Part shown: in pieces, positions 37,277 to 50,664 of the stretch
Numbering within the stretch: the first letter of the stretch is position 1
How the letters are laid out: every line of letters starts with the position of its first letter
From: Oikopleura dioica
Taxonomy: Eukaryota; Animalia; Chordata
Assembly (NCBI GenBank): GCA_907165135.1
Contig: OU015567.1
Coordinates: 15,934,001-15,998,000, forward strand
Length of the DNA: 64,000 nt
Direction of reading: 5' to 3'
Position numbers and translations under genes: made by a program
The notes under the pieces: generated by a model
Databases searched by the model: none
What the model was told of the DNA's origin: nothing
Seen by the model: only the letters and a program-made list of their open reading frames with translations

Positions 37277-39250
37277 ATGAGACTTGTGAGCGCTTTTCTT
37301 TCAGCCGCTTCGGCTCTAACTGCCGAAGAAGTCGCCGCCTTCGGCTGCAAGTCCGGTACTTTCTACCAGTTCCACAAGGTCGAGGTCGAGGGAGCTACTC
37401 AAATGAGCAACACGGCTTCGGCGAGCAACAACTGGAACGGATGCCACCAAAAGCAAAACGGCAATTGCTGGAGAACGGAGCTCTCCTGTAGTATGTCCAT
37501 GAACGAAGCAACTCCTGGCGACACTCCTCGGTAATTTGAGAGAAATAAAACAAAAGAAGGATAAATTTAAATAAGATACGCGATCAACGCGGGCGGAATT
37601 CCCGATCACAACGCCTGGGCCCTCACTGGTGGAAACTCCTTCATCCAGAGCCGAACTATGCGATTCCGAATCCCGCGAGTTCCAGTCCTTCTTCCCTGGG
37701 CCGACAGAACCGCTGCCCCGCAAGGACCGATCGGTTACGCAACTAACGGCGTTCCTATCTTCGGCCCGTACAACTCAGGCTGCTGCGACGCGATCTTCGT
37801 CGAAATCCAATCGATGGACCACTGTCTCGGTCACCCGGCGAACGGCAACTACCACTATCACTTCTTCCCACAAGCATCGGGCAACTACGACGGATGTAGC
37901 TACAGCTGCGAAGACGGAGGCCCGTCTGGAATCGTCGGTGTGGCAAACGATGGCTTCCCCATCTATGGCCCCGCGCAGTGGTACTCGGCTACAACTGGGA
38001 GAATCTACGAGCAAATGGAAAACTGCCAGGCAGCTGGCGAGTGCTCTTTGACTCACATCAGCGAAGAACACACTGACATTTGCGGCGGAGTGAGAGTCGG
38101 CGATGGAGACGCCTCGGTCGGAAACGTCTACCGATACATCACGACCAACACCTTTCCGTACAACCTGCAGTGCTTCCGAGGAGACCTGTCGATGTCTCAA
38201 ACTCGGCAAGGAAGCTCCTGGAATGCCTACACAGTCAACAACAGTTGCGGAGAGAACTCCGATAACGGTGGAAGTTGTGATATTTTCAACCAGTCATTCG
38301 CCGCCTCCATTGGATGTTCTCCTGGAAGCTGTACCGCGCAGCAATCTGGTGCTCAAGGTGATGTCACTGCTGTCTACATGGAGTGCCCTGTCACTCAGCC
38401 TCCTACAACAACTTCGACCACGACCACACCTTCTACTACAACGACAACAACGACGACTACTACGACCACAACCACTACCACGACAACAACGACTACTACG
38501 ACAACAACGACTACTACGACGACGACCACTACAACAACTACCACTACCACAACTACCACCACCACAACTACCACTACCACAACTACCACAACTACAACAA
38601 CGACGACAACAACAACTACGACTACGACCACCACAACAAGTACGACAACAACAACGACAACTTCTACAACTACGACTACGATTGCCACATCGCCAACAAC
38701 AACAGCAGCTCCAATTTCTTGCTTGAATGAGATTCCCAGTTCAAGAGAAGCTCCAACTAATTGCAACGCGAAGCATGTCAACTGGAAAGGCGCGAAAGTG
38801 ACTCGAACGGCTTTCCGTGGAAAAGGATCTCGAATTCTTCGATTCGCCGTCAACAACAACGAGGGCGCTTTCGATGCGGACTACACCGGATTCCTCGGTT
38901 TTTCGCGAACTAAATGCGGAATCGACTTTGTCAACGCGTCTATCGACGGTCGACTTTCTCTCTCTCTCGCGGACTACGAGGCTGACTACGAAATCATGTA
39001 CCAGCACAAGCGAATCAACGGAAAGCAGACGTCTTCAATGACTCAGTTTTACCGAACAAAGGGCAGCGGCGGAGACCTCGGCAACCAAAAGAAAGATCTC
39101 GTCTATCTGATGATTCAGGGATTGGATCAAGTCGATTTCGGCGACCTTGACTTGGACTTTTGCCTTGAGCGAGTCCAGGTCGGCATCATGCCCGCCACCA
39201 ACGTCGACCACACCGCTTGTGCCGCCTGGGACAAAGACCTTGGATGGTAA
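37277..39250 (+). CDS. Secreted YHYH-domain protein with poly-Thr linker and Cys-containing C-terminal domain
   Basis: Signal MRLVSAFLSAASA; GPIGYATNGVPIF, DHCLGHP..GNYHYH, ANDGFPIYGP; long Thr tract; one intron ~37531-37575. Confidence 0.85.
38410..38700 (+). repeat. Coding ACN (Thr) trinucleotide-like repeat
   Basis: ACA/ACT/ACC/ACG run encoding the poly-Thr linker. Confidence 0.95.
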
Positions 39251-39369
39251 ATGAATCGCCTTTAAAATAACTTTTTATTTTGCGAGCGATTTTCTTCGTG
39301 TTTATTTTTCAAATAAATATCGATTTCGTAGAAGCTCTATTGAATTATGTTCTGTACATATTTTAGTGA

Positions 39370-42300
39370 TCAAAAGTCAGACGGCAAAAAAGTGTGATGG
39401 AAACCGTAGGGCAAGCCAGTTACAGTTGTCGTGCATCGTGCGATTTCAGTCAACGTTTTCGCATCGAGAATGAGCAGAAACGCGGGCACGTCCTTTTTCG
39501 TGGAAACACAAATTGACAAAATGACACCATTGTCTTCTTCTCCCGGAGCACTTGGATCCGTCACGGATTTATTTTGAACAAAAACCGGTTCCGACGGAAA
39601 AATGTCTTTTTCGAGCCACATCTTAATGGAGAGCATTTCATCTCATGGCTTAACTTATTGAGAGCACCTTGATTTCCTTCGTGTTGACATTGACTTTGAC
39701 GATTCTGTCCGGCAGAATTGTGCCGAACCCGTTTCCGTACAAGTACGTGTAAGGAAGGCCGTTTAGCGCATAATTGTATCGCGGAAACTCGAATCCATAG
39801 AACCCGACCTTTTCGTCCGAGTTGTCAATCAACAACTCTTTTTCCAGCCAGACTGATCCGTCCTCTCTGAGAACGGCAGTGGCACTTGTTTTCAATTTTC
39901 CTTCGAGTCTCTTGTTAAGGTCCTCGCCCACTGTTGCCTTTTTCGGCAGTTTGATCGGGAAAACAAATCTCGCTAGTTCATTTTCACCCGCTTCTTTGAA
40001 CTTAATAATTCGTCACATTCGTAGTGAGTTACTAGCGATACCGCTTCATCGATCTCCGCTGCAGAGCGAGAACGAAGTGTCTCGATGTTGAAGAGATGAG
40101 CAGCTCCCTGGGCTTTGTAATTTGGGCAAGCGTCCCAAACGCAGAAAATTCCGCCGTCAACTAAACAATACTAATTTTAAGAAAATTCCACGTGCGACTC
40201 GATACCTTCGATTTCATAAGCATTTCCAAAGTGAAAGCTTCCCATGCCTTCCGTATTGATTTTTATTGGCAGAATTTCGCCGCTTTTGAAATCTGCAACT
40301 CGAATCGACGAGGGAACCAGGGTGAAAAATGGCGCGTGATTTGCCTGGGATCTCGCGCGCGCGGCAAAAAAACCTCCCAGAGCGCGTGGGAGGTGGCGCC
40401 ATTATCACAGAAAATTCTGTGAGGTACCTAAAAATCGAGATCACCCACGCGCTGTGAGCTCACAGAGAGCCTGGGAGCGCACGAGCACTACGGCTAGTGC
40501 TTTACGCGATGCGCGGCGAGCCCAAAAGCATAAGCGCGCCGTAATCTCAGTGGGGGCTTATTGTGACCATGTAGTCGAAATCAGATGCAAATAGTACCGG
40601 GTGATTAACACAAAAAAATTCCGGAAGTAAAATGGATCATGTTAGCTTACTAATTTAAAAGAAAAACAACTTCTGATCCGCGAAATTTACGCGAAGAATC
40701 ACCAAATTTTTCGTTATACAGTCATAAACAGTGAAAATAATTCTTTTTCTACCCTAGAATCCATCATCAGATGTTGTCAAGCATTTAATTTTTGTTCAGG
40801 ACGTCAGATCAGTTATAGTCTATAACTTATAGAGGGAAATGATGCTGCAGTTATTTTGGTATCATTGAAATCAGCTAGAAAATCTATATTTATAACTAAA
40901 TTTTCAACAAGAGCAAAGCATTTTCACCGTGAAAGTCCCTTTACATTCAAGCTTTGAGAAAAGCGTAAAGTCACTTCGCCTCGCGAAAAATTTAGCTCCC
41001 CACGCTCTGTGAGAAGCCAAAAACCTCCCACACGCCCTGGGAGGTTTTTTCACCGCGCGCGCGAGATCCCACAAATATCCCACGCCATTTTTCACCCTGG
41101 AGGGAACTTTCTTGTCGTAAAACATCGCCTCAGCTGGCGCAGCGTTGGTAAACTTTCGTGTGAGCATTTTCAACATGTTGATTCTAAAAAGCGTTGTTGA
41201 CAAAACTAATCCGAGTTCGTCGAAAAGCACCTGTAGGGCATTTCCAGAAATATAATGTGTTTCTTAGTGAGGCCAAAAGAATGGAAATAGCTCGGACATT
41301 TCGGATTTGTGGCTGGAAATTTGGCAACGATCTTCATTTTCTGAATTAAATCTAAAGAGAGTCAACCCTCCCGAGCGAGGATTACGTTGAAGTCGCCGGT
41401 GGGATCTACTTGGATCACATTGTAGCTGGTTTCTTTTCCAAAGCTGCTGCCCATGTTGAGAAACTCGCCGCTCGCCAGAGTATGGGGATGAGCGGTTGCC
41501 GTGTGCAAAGTCATGTAGTTGTTGTAGGCGATGCGTTCTCCTGTTTCTAGCGTTTTTGGATCCACTTCCCGAATCGCAGTAGTTTCCGTCATCGCGTACA
41601 CTTTATCGCCGATCGGCCACAAGTTTACATTGCAATTATCGTTCTGAACAAAATCAAAGACTCGAAAAGAACATGGTCTCCTGAGAAGACTTTGCTCAGG
41701 TTATCGGATTATTATTAATAATGTGTGGGCAATATTTGTAAACCTACTTGTCTGGGCGCTCGAAAATACGAAGCGAAACGGTCGAAGAGAGACAAGCACG
41801 GGTCTGAATATTTCGTCGGAGTTCCATAACCAGAAAGAATCCACCTGTCGAACTTTGTGTTCTTCTTGTAAACATCCGAGCGGAGAAACTTGTTTAAGTA
41901 ACGAGCTTTGCTGCGATCAACAAGGACTAGGGCCGTAGCTAGTAGCTACTGAAGCGTTTTGTCGAGCACGAGTTCCTGAGCCGTTTTTTATTTCGAATTT
42001 ATGCAGGAGAGCATGGCCGTCGAACCAGTGTACAACTGATTCTCCTCCCAGGTCCCACTGTCCAACTCCGTTGCGTAAAATTGTTCCTTCTAACCAATCT
42101 GGGATTTTTCCTGAGTACGGTTTTTTTCATTTTGCTGTAATTATTTATTTTTATTTAAGAAAACGATGCAAATTATGACGCAACGAAAATTTTTCCATGG
42201 CGAAAGAATTGCATTGATTGTCAAATTTCATATGATATATTATAATAAATATAATATTATTTATATAATATAATTAAATATAATATAATTATATATTAAA

Positions 42301-42540
42301 TATAATTCTTTTGCATCAGGGAATAATTTAACAAAAAACTGCTCCTGTGATTGTCGTTGACTGTTCCTGCTCAAGCTCCGGGACTGTCTGGACAAGCTGG
42401 TGAACCGCCACTGTAGCTGGCATCTCGGGCGAGTTTCTCTTGGAATCAAGTACTTCTGGAAGCTGCCGTCGGACTTGACATCTACCGCGTAAGATCGTGA
42501 GTGCCCTCCTGGACTCTCTTGTGACCTTCTTGCCTAACAT
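39370..42540 (-). CDS. Carotenoid oxygenase (BCO1/BCO2/RPE65 family)
   Basis: TITG-KIPDWLEGTILRNG, HWFDGHALLH, YAMTET, HTATAHPH, EFPRYNY, PSEPVFV, EEDNGVILS, LPYGFHHTF. Confidence 0.93.
40318..41099. mobile_element. hAT-like MITE inserted in a carotenoid-oxygenase coding exon
   Basis: CAGGGTGAAAAATGGCG ... CGCCATTTTTCACCCTG; perfect TSD GAGGGAAC (40310-40317, 41100-41107). Confidence 0.9.
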
Positions 42541-42893
42541 TTACGCGATGCGTAAATATTGACTCTTGAAATAAGAAAAATACGTCCTTTCCCTTAATTT
42601 TTTCGCTTTCGAAACAAATTGACCCTCATTCGGAAGAAAGTGGCCTCATGCGTAGGCAACTATCAACCGGGTACTACCCGCAAGCCATTTTTAAACATTC
42701 TGTCCAGTTCAGGTTAACTGGGGTCGCTTTTCGCCAAAGATAAATAAGTTTCTTGTTTGCATGAGAAAACGCTGATTTTCCGCATTTTAGCGAAGGGTCT
42801 GCTAGTTTCGATGCAAGGCAATTAATTAATAATCAAGTGGATTCTCAAATTGCTTATTTTTAATTTATTTACAGTTTTGTCAAAATTGACTCT

Positions 42894-45480
42894 TTATTTT
42901 CCCGTTTTGGCAGCTGCATGTCGAGCAAGAATAGCACCTTTTCGTTTTCAATTTTTCCGTCTTGATCGTGTTCAAGAGCTGAAGCCTTTAGTTTGGCAAA
43001 ATCGAAAGAGGGCGTACCATAGAGAGCTGATCCTCGATCTTGTCAAGATTCGTGTTTCTTTCGTCGTTGTGACTGAAACTGGAGTTGGCGCTCTTTTGCG
43101 GCTGGAGCATCGGAACTCGCTGCTCGTAAACAAGCTCTTGATCCCTTTGCGGGCAGGGAGGAGAGCTTGCGCTTTCGCTGATCTGTTTTCGAATCTAAAT
43201 TTTCAGTTTTCTTGGCCTGCAATTTTGATAATTCAATGCCCGGCCCTTTTTCGGCTTACCTTTGCCCATCTGCGAAAAGCGGGCGGAGCCGGTTGCTGAA
43301 TCGCGTGTTGCTGCCTTTCGCAGTCCATGTCTAACGTCGTCTGCGGCGAGTCGAAATCGGAATGGCTCTCTGTTCCCTCCTGGTGCGACTCCGCGCTCTG
43401 TTGATGCTCATTTCTTTGGGCAGGATTCGATTCTGACCCCATTTGCGTGTTGAACTCGTGACTGAGCAACAGTGAAAAACAAAATTAAAAAGAAGGGCAC
43501 CTGATATATTGTCTGATTTTGCGCCACTTCATCAAACTTCGCTGAAAATTTTCCTCGCAGGTTTTTCGACTGATCGCGCTCATCCCTCGCCGGAAGGAGA
43601 CGTTTTTTCGCGAGTTCGAGAAGCTAGCGTTTTTGAAACTTCCAATCACCGAGGCTCGTTTCCGAAGACGGTAGTATTTCCACGAGCATTGGATCACTCT
43701 TTCAGACGTGATCGAAGTTATTCAAATTTTAAAGACACTAATCATTTTAGTGAAGGGAACTCCTTCTGCCTGGAGAATATCCGGCTATTAATTTACTAAG
43801 TTAATTCTACTGAAACCGAAAACTTTCAATAGGTCATTGACAATCACTTTCCTGGCAGCAGCTTCCATTTTGAGTCTGTGAAATCGCTGGCGTTTAATTG
43901 CCGCTAGAATGCGCCGCTCATTCGGCTTAAGAAAATCATGAAAATGATGAAAACCAGGATGCCTTATTTTGAGTCTTTGGCTACTTACGGGAATTTCGAG
44001 CCAATCTCTCATCACTCCAATCATCAGAGCGGTCAACAGAGTGCCGAGAATCGAGGCGATGCCGACAAAAATCCTGCCTCCAGAAGAATTGGGCACTACG
44101 TCTCCAAAGCCAAGATTAGTAATCGACACAACGACCAGCCAGACCATGTTCTTAAAATGTTTTAAAAGCGTCTTTTATTTGGCCCGTAACCGCAATCGTG
44201 TATTATTTATTTCTATCGATTTCAGAAGCATTTTGTTAATATCAAATACCTCGAGTTTAAGGCTGCTGTTATCGCTGGCCCGTTCGAAGACGAAAACAAC
44301 GTAGCCAAGACCAAAGACGCAGAAGAAGTAAATTGCCAACAAGACCTTTAATTTTGAAAGGACAGTTTTTCTTCAATTTTGTTACCTGCGCTGGGTGTTT
44401 GAGAAAATGCGTCTTGATTAAAAATGTATCTTCGAAGGTAATCTTCACCAGCGAGGAAAGCACATTCGTCAGTCTACCGAATCAACAGTAGTCAGGCAGG
44501 CAACTCGAAAAGCGAACCTGTGGTAGCGAAGTTCGTTGTGTTCCTTGAGCAGCTTTATGACTGAGCGGGATGATTAGCGCATGAATGTATAATTTGACTC
44601 CCTCCGAGAGTGGCTCACCTTGATAAAGCCGGATCATTGGGATTAGCTGCCACTCGGGCCTCAAAATTAGGTTCAAATACACAATCCATTACTGCTGTCT
44701 GTGGCTGCTATTGAACCGTTCCTGAAGCTGGCGTCGAAGCCAGGAGGCATGTGAATTGTGCACAGAATGCACTCCAGGATAAATAGAATCGCCATTGGAC
44801 TAGTTAGAACGCCAGTCTGGCCTCGGATGAGATACCGTTTTATTCTCATTACGCGTAGCTCCCCAGTGTAATACTGGACGCGCGATGGCCAGACCCTAAT
44901 CAAAAATAAGCTTGATTACTTTTTTCGCGAACTTTCGATGATGAATTTCATTGGCCATCGTTTCCTGGTAAAGAGCATAATTCATAAATATACTTATGAT
45001 TGCGAGGGAAAGCTTCAAAAAAGAGGTGAAGAAAAGTATTCTTGGGCATGTTTGACGGATATCTTCGAAAGTGAACTAAAAGCAAATGGAAATTTTTACG
45101 TAGACAAGGGTTATCCTTCGACCATCCGTCTCAAGAATCTGGAGCTCACAAAAGTGGAACTTCTTTATTTATTGCAGCAAAATTGAACGAATAAGGTTAC
45201 CTGTTCGAGGCGGCAGGACATAGTTGTGCCATTAAGAATTTTAATGCATAATATATTATTTCTTGCATAAGAGGTTTCGATGTCTACGACGGCGATGATA
45301 ACTTGAAATGAGCTCGATATTGTCATAAAACATGAATTAGATATGAGAAAGGAAAAGCGAGCCCTCGCCTGATAAAGCACAAAGTGAAAATATTATTCTT
45401 GAGTATTTAGTCAGATGGGCGTGAATGCGGCTGAGGAGTATGTCTCGGACTTGAAACTCTTTCAAATCTTTCAGACGGCT
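42894..45480 (-). CDS. Divergent SK/KCNN-type K+ channel
   Basis: LECILCTIHMPPG, IPMIRLY, VWLVVVSITNLGFGDVVP, GTLLTALMIGV, MEAAAR-VIQCSWKYYR (CaM-binding-like). Ends approximate. Confidence 0.75.
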
Positions 45481-46987
45481 TCGTTCTAAAAAAGCACTGA
45501 ATAAAGCTCCAACTGTAACTGAAAAACCTCTACTCGCAGCCTCAAGTAAAGCCTTTTACTTTGATCAAAAAATATCTTTCTGAGCTGATTTAAATTTGAG
45601 AGTATTTTTTGAGGTAATTACTTATAAAAAATTAATAATTGATGAATCGAAATCGAGATTGGCAGACTTTTGCAAAAATACATCGAGTCTATTTTAATTT
45701 TAATTTTAATTTTTAATGAAACTGGCCGTAAGCTTAACAAACCAGCAGAATGAAACCTTCTTTTCAAAATGTCAAAAGAAACATAGACTATTAGCGCATT
45801 GAGCTGGATAAATTACCAGTGATATATCGACCTGGTAATATATAGGCTAAAAGCCTCGGTTGACAGCATTCGATTTGGCTGTTTTGAAAAAAATGCATTT
45901 TTTTAAGTCAATGCAGTTAAAATAAAAAAAAAGATAAACTTTAAGTTAACTCGAGATTAATTTTGCAAACTCATTTATCTTCACTGATTTCAACTGTTAT
46001 CAATTCAACAAGTTATTTACTGTACTGTAATTATGAGATATGAAAGAAAATAGTAATAAAACTTTGAAGAGGAAATTTATTTCAAGTCCTGCATCCGAAA
46101 AAATCATTATTTTGAATATTCTCGTTGATCTGGCCTTAAAAAATCTATCTCTACTCGACTTTTTCATAAAAAGCAGATTCTCTCTTGTGTCCTTTCCAAT
46201 CACTGAAAATACCTTTTGCAACGAAAGCCCAAAAGCCTGTCTTCTTTCCCATTTCCAGGCGGCTTATCTCTTTACCCCGAAATCACTTTTATTGGGTCAT
46301 CGAGGGAGCTTAATCCCATTGCTGATGAATGTTTATATCGCTTTCTTGTTGAGCAGTTCCGATTTGATTTTCGATTATATTCTCACTATTCTTTAAAATA
46401 AAGATCGCTTTTGCAAGGCAGTGGAAGGCGCCTGTGTCAAGATAGAGAGGACTCTTATTGTGCCCCAGTGCGCCGCCGACAAATCGCGCGAACTTAGGTC
46501 ACTGCATCGTGTCCAGCGATACTGTCTCGCGTCCGAGCATGTAATCGCCCAATACACCAGTAAAATCTCATCTTTTGATTTAAGCTCTCGAAAGAAAGGA
46601 AGAGGCTTTGAGTCAAAAAGTAAAGAACTTGGCGAGATCGACTTCTTCACTTTTAGTGAGCATAATATTTTTGATAATTTATTAACAATTTGACAACAAA
46701 AGGCAATTGAATCCATAATAGAACGATGAATTCACTGTATGAAATATACTGTATATTCGGAATATAATATTCCTTCAAGAGATATGCAGGTTTTTCAAAT
46801 CATCTATTATTCAGTCACAGAAAAGTAGCCGTCGTAGTAATTTAAACTGTAATGAGTTTCATTTGTTCCCTTGGACGACTGCGAGGCATTCTTCTTGTGT
46901 CAGTTGCACGCCGTCATCGTTGTAAAAATAGAAATCGAAGCAATCTGATTACGTTTGTTCATTTCAAAAGATTTTATAACAGAAAGA

Positions 46988-48030
46988 CTAACCCGAAGGA
47001 GTTGCCGGAGCCCCGCTTGAATCTCCGTAAAAATCGTCGTAATTTTCGTCAATTCTCGTCGTCGTTGTTGGCTTAGTCGTTCTCTTCGTCGTTCTCATGC
47101 GTGTTGTTGTTGTAACTGTAGTTGGAGAATTCGTCCAGTTGTAGCGGGTCCACTGAACTGGTTTTCTTCTCGTGGTTAGGGCGCTTGTCGGGCGCGGTCG
47201 AGGCGATGTTCTCGTCGTTGTCCGCCGCGTTGTGGTTGATCCTTGCGTACTTTTGCTTCCAGCCGTCACTGGTGGTCTCCAAGTCGGCGGATTGTAGTTC
47301 ATCGCATGATTCAAGTATTTCTGGCGGAGACTTTCCATTTTTTCGGTGCTCTCCAACTTAAAAATAACTACTTTTCGTTTCTATTTTTTGGTCTGATCTT
47401 ATTGTCACGTGAGCTAAGGTTATCATTGGTAAGCAGCGATACATACAGATCAAATCGATTTGAGAACAAACTCACCGGGGGAATTTCTGTTGAGCTCGGG
47501 CTGAGTGTGATATCAGCAAAGTAACGCTCCCGAGTTCCATCTTGGTTCACATTGTACTTTGCATTTTCAGAAAAGCCTGCGCCGTTTTCGGACTGCGTTT
47601 TTTCTTTCAACGGATTGAAAATTTCTACTGCCCCAAAAAAGGCGGTAAAAAAGTAAATAAGCTTGAGTTTGAAAACTTTGAACCCTTGGCGATTTGAAGC
47701 GTCTCCTTGTAAGATGTTTTCATGGGAGCGGGAGGAGAGCTCATTCCAGCAGCCGTTTCCTCCTCCTCACCTATTGTAAAAATATGAGAAAGCTTCAATG
47801 AAGCTTCATTGAACAGACTGTAGAGAGGCGTGAATAACTTACATGCAGAAATCTGGCAGTACTGAAACTGTCTTTCAGGGGAGACTTTGACGAAGCACCA
47901 AGGGCCGTTTGAATCGTTATCTGGGTTTCGGCAGTAATTTTTTCGAGGCCAGCATTCGGAAATTTTCCAGAGGAGGGGTGGAATTTCAAATTGTCTTTTT
48001 CTTGCTTGTACATTACTGTAAATAAATTAT
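46988..48030 (-). CDS. Exons of an uncharacterised protein with a Thr/Arg-rich low-complexity tail
   Basis: ORFs 47795-48085, 47368-47610, 46988-47356; may be the 3' part of the gene starting at 50664. Confidence 0.4.
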
Positions 48031-48721
48031 AACTAACCATCGAGTGCACTCCACGGCAGGCACTTGGCACCTCGTTTTCCAACACTCATCGTTCCCCTGT
48101 AATCTTTTCCCAGAGGGTCTTCTTTCATCAGGCATTCGGCATCACGAGTCTCCGCCGTGGATTCTTAAGATTAACTCACTTCAGCCTCTAAAGTCGTCGA
48201 GGATTAATCTCAACCGACAGATTCATCAAAGTCACCTCCATATACAGTTTATTGCTAGCTACATATTACCGTTAATATGTATTAAACAGTGAGTCGGTGA
48301 TAATCACACTTCATACATTTACAGACATCTCACATAGCCTATGTCACATAGGCTATGTGACATAAGGCCGTACATACATTCAGACTTGATGTGCAGACAT
48401 TCAGAAATGTCTGAAGGAATGTGTCGTTACCTCTTACAAATGTATTCGGAAAAAGCTCGAGAGTGCTTTTTTGGCGACTTGAGTAGATATCTGATAGAAG
48501 AGTATCTTTTATTAGCTACCAAGATGAAAGCAGAAGATTTGACAGATAAACCTAACCCTAAAGTCTGTACAAATTTTGCGGCCGAAATCGGTAGCAGAGT
48601 AATTTTATCGAGCCAGAACCGCCGGTTAAAAGATCAGTTTCGACATTTACGTTACCAACCAAACCGATTTAGTATAAAATGGCGTTCGGTTCTCCCAAAA
48701 AAATTTTTCGTTCGGGTTTAA

Positions 48722-49415
48722 GGAGGTGTGGGGCGGTTTTCGGGAAATTGACCATTTTCAAACAGCCCTCAGGCTCAGATGGGTAAGAAAATTATTAAAA
48801 ACTCTTCTTCTACTTATAGATTGGACCTTAAACTAGAGTTGAAAATTTTTTCAGAAAAAATTATTAAGGGATTCTGCCTATAGACTCTATAGTATAGAGA
48901 GCTCAGCTTCAAGTCATGTCCGTGAAAATCACCATTTTGCGTCATTTTTGAACGCGATTTTTTTAATGAAAAAAATTTTATTTTTTAAAACTTAGATGAT
49001 AAAAAGAAACTTCCATCGCTGTTCTAGGGTTGAATTGAAAGAATTTACTTTTTCGCAAAAATTGCTTATTTAAAAACTTCAATCAAAAATTGGGTTTCAA
49101 ATTGTCAAAAAGATGAGATTTAAAATTGCACTAACTCGTAATACAGTTAGATAAGTGAGTCACTGTAATGAATAAAAATACTCAGCGAGTCGTAAGCTTT
49201 CTAAAAATATTAAAATAATTGCATTTGTGAGACTTTAAAAAATCTAATTTCACGAATTTTCATAGAAATGTCAATTTTCAATCCCGTTTTTCACCAACTT
49301 TTGTTGACATTGAAAAATAAAGCTAGGGACCTTTTTGATGCTCTTGATGTGGGCTTTCTAAAAATGGAAAGAAAATTTTAAAATTCGAATTTTCGCCAAA
49401 CCGCCCCATACCTCC
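48722..49415. mobile_element. Kolobok-like TTAA element
   Basis: TTAA-GGAGGTGTGGGGCGGTTT ... AAACCGCCCCATACCTCC-TTAA. Confidence 0.75.
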
Positions 49416-50036
49416 TTAAGGAATGAAATTTAATTTTCATTTTTCACATCTCAGTTTACTTGTTCGCAGTGTGCATATTTTGGAGCAGTACATAATTTTG
49501 GGTTCTACCTAATCTATATCTTTGTCAATAAAAATAAGCAGTTTATCGACCGGAATAATTATTGGAAAAAACGAAACCCGAAATTGGCAATTTTCCGATC
49601 AAAAACTTCTGTCTTGGTCTCTTTTCCTGGTCTGTCGTCTGCCAGCCATGAATTAATAGAATACTTTAATAAATTGATCATCTTTTCGCTCCGCTCCGCA
49701 TAAATTGTGAAAAAATCGTGCTAAAAAGAATTAAAAATTAAGCGTTGTTGGGAAAACGAAAAACCTCTTGGCTCCCTTGGTGAAACGTCCAGTCGCATAG
49801 GTCCTCTACCCCACGTTCGGTACTTTTTTGGCTTCTTCGATTTCCATTCAGAAAAGTTATTTTATTTCACGAGCCAATGCCTAGGTTTATATTCAAATGT
49901 CAAGAGAATGGTGTTATTGAGTTGAATTTTTTCTTCGATCATCGCAAAAAATGCGTTTTTTACTCGCTTCGGGAACATATTTAGCTTGATAATTCCGTCG
50001 TTGTCGATGTTCCAGTGTCCATTTCTACCTGCTCTT

Positions 50037-50664
50037 TTAGAAACGCTTTAAAATTGTATGTGCATTATAAGTCCTGAAACTACAATCTGTATAAAAAGAA
50101 GCGACGTTCCTGGCGATGGCCGTGATTCCAAAGAATTCTTGGGAGAAATCGAACTCGTTCGTGGACATGAATGTCGCTTCGAAAGCTTTGATTCGGATAG
50201 TAGGGTATCCTTCGACTTGGGGCGGAAGGAGAAACGAATCGACAGAAGAGTAGTCCCGGTTGTATTTGATATTTTTGTAGTTTTCGTCTTTCCATGCTTT
50301 CATAGGATGCCTTTCCAGTTTCATAATATTGAATACAATCAATTGAATAGACTCTGAGGAACAGAACGAGTAGTCATCAGATTCCTGAATATTTTGAAAA
50401 AGGACTTCTGCCCTCCAATCTCCCAGCGATGCAGTCAGCTTCGATTCGTGGCTCATAATTCGAGGATCTGCCGCACATGGTGCCAGTACGCACATACTGC
50501 CGGTTGACGCACTCGTAGTAGGGCTCGATCCAAGGCTTCAAAAAATCGTTGACCCTTTTTCCGGGGTAGATTTGGTGAGATTTCTCTGGAATTCTTCCCA
50601 TTTGCGGGTGCGGACCGGCAGCTACTGCGCCCAAAACCGGGGCAATCAAGCTTTCTAGTCTCAT
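50037..50664 (-). CDS. Putative secreted protein, 5' exons
   Basis: MRLESLIAPVLGAVAA signal-like start, Cys-containing exon, then long open exon to ~50040. Confidence 0.45.

Noticed and set aside
38395-38859. Poly-Val minus-strand ORF and poly-Tyr/Asp/Asn alternate-frame ORFs
   Set aside because: Shadows of the coding Thr repeat.
42232-42305. Extremely AT-rich tract
   Set aside because: Simple low-complexity intronic sequence with no evident structure.
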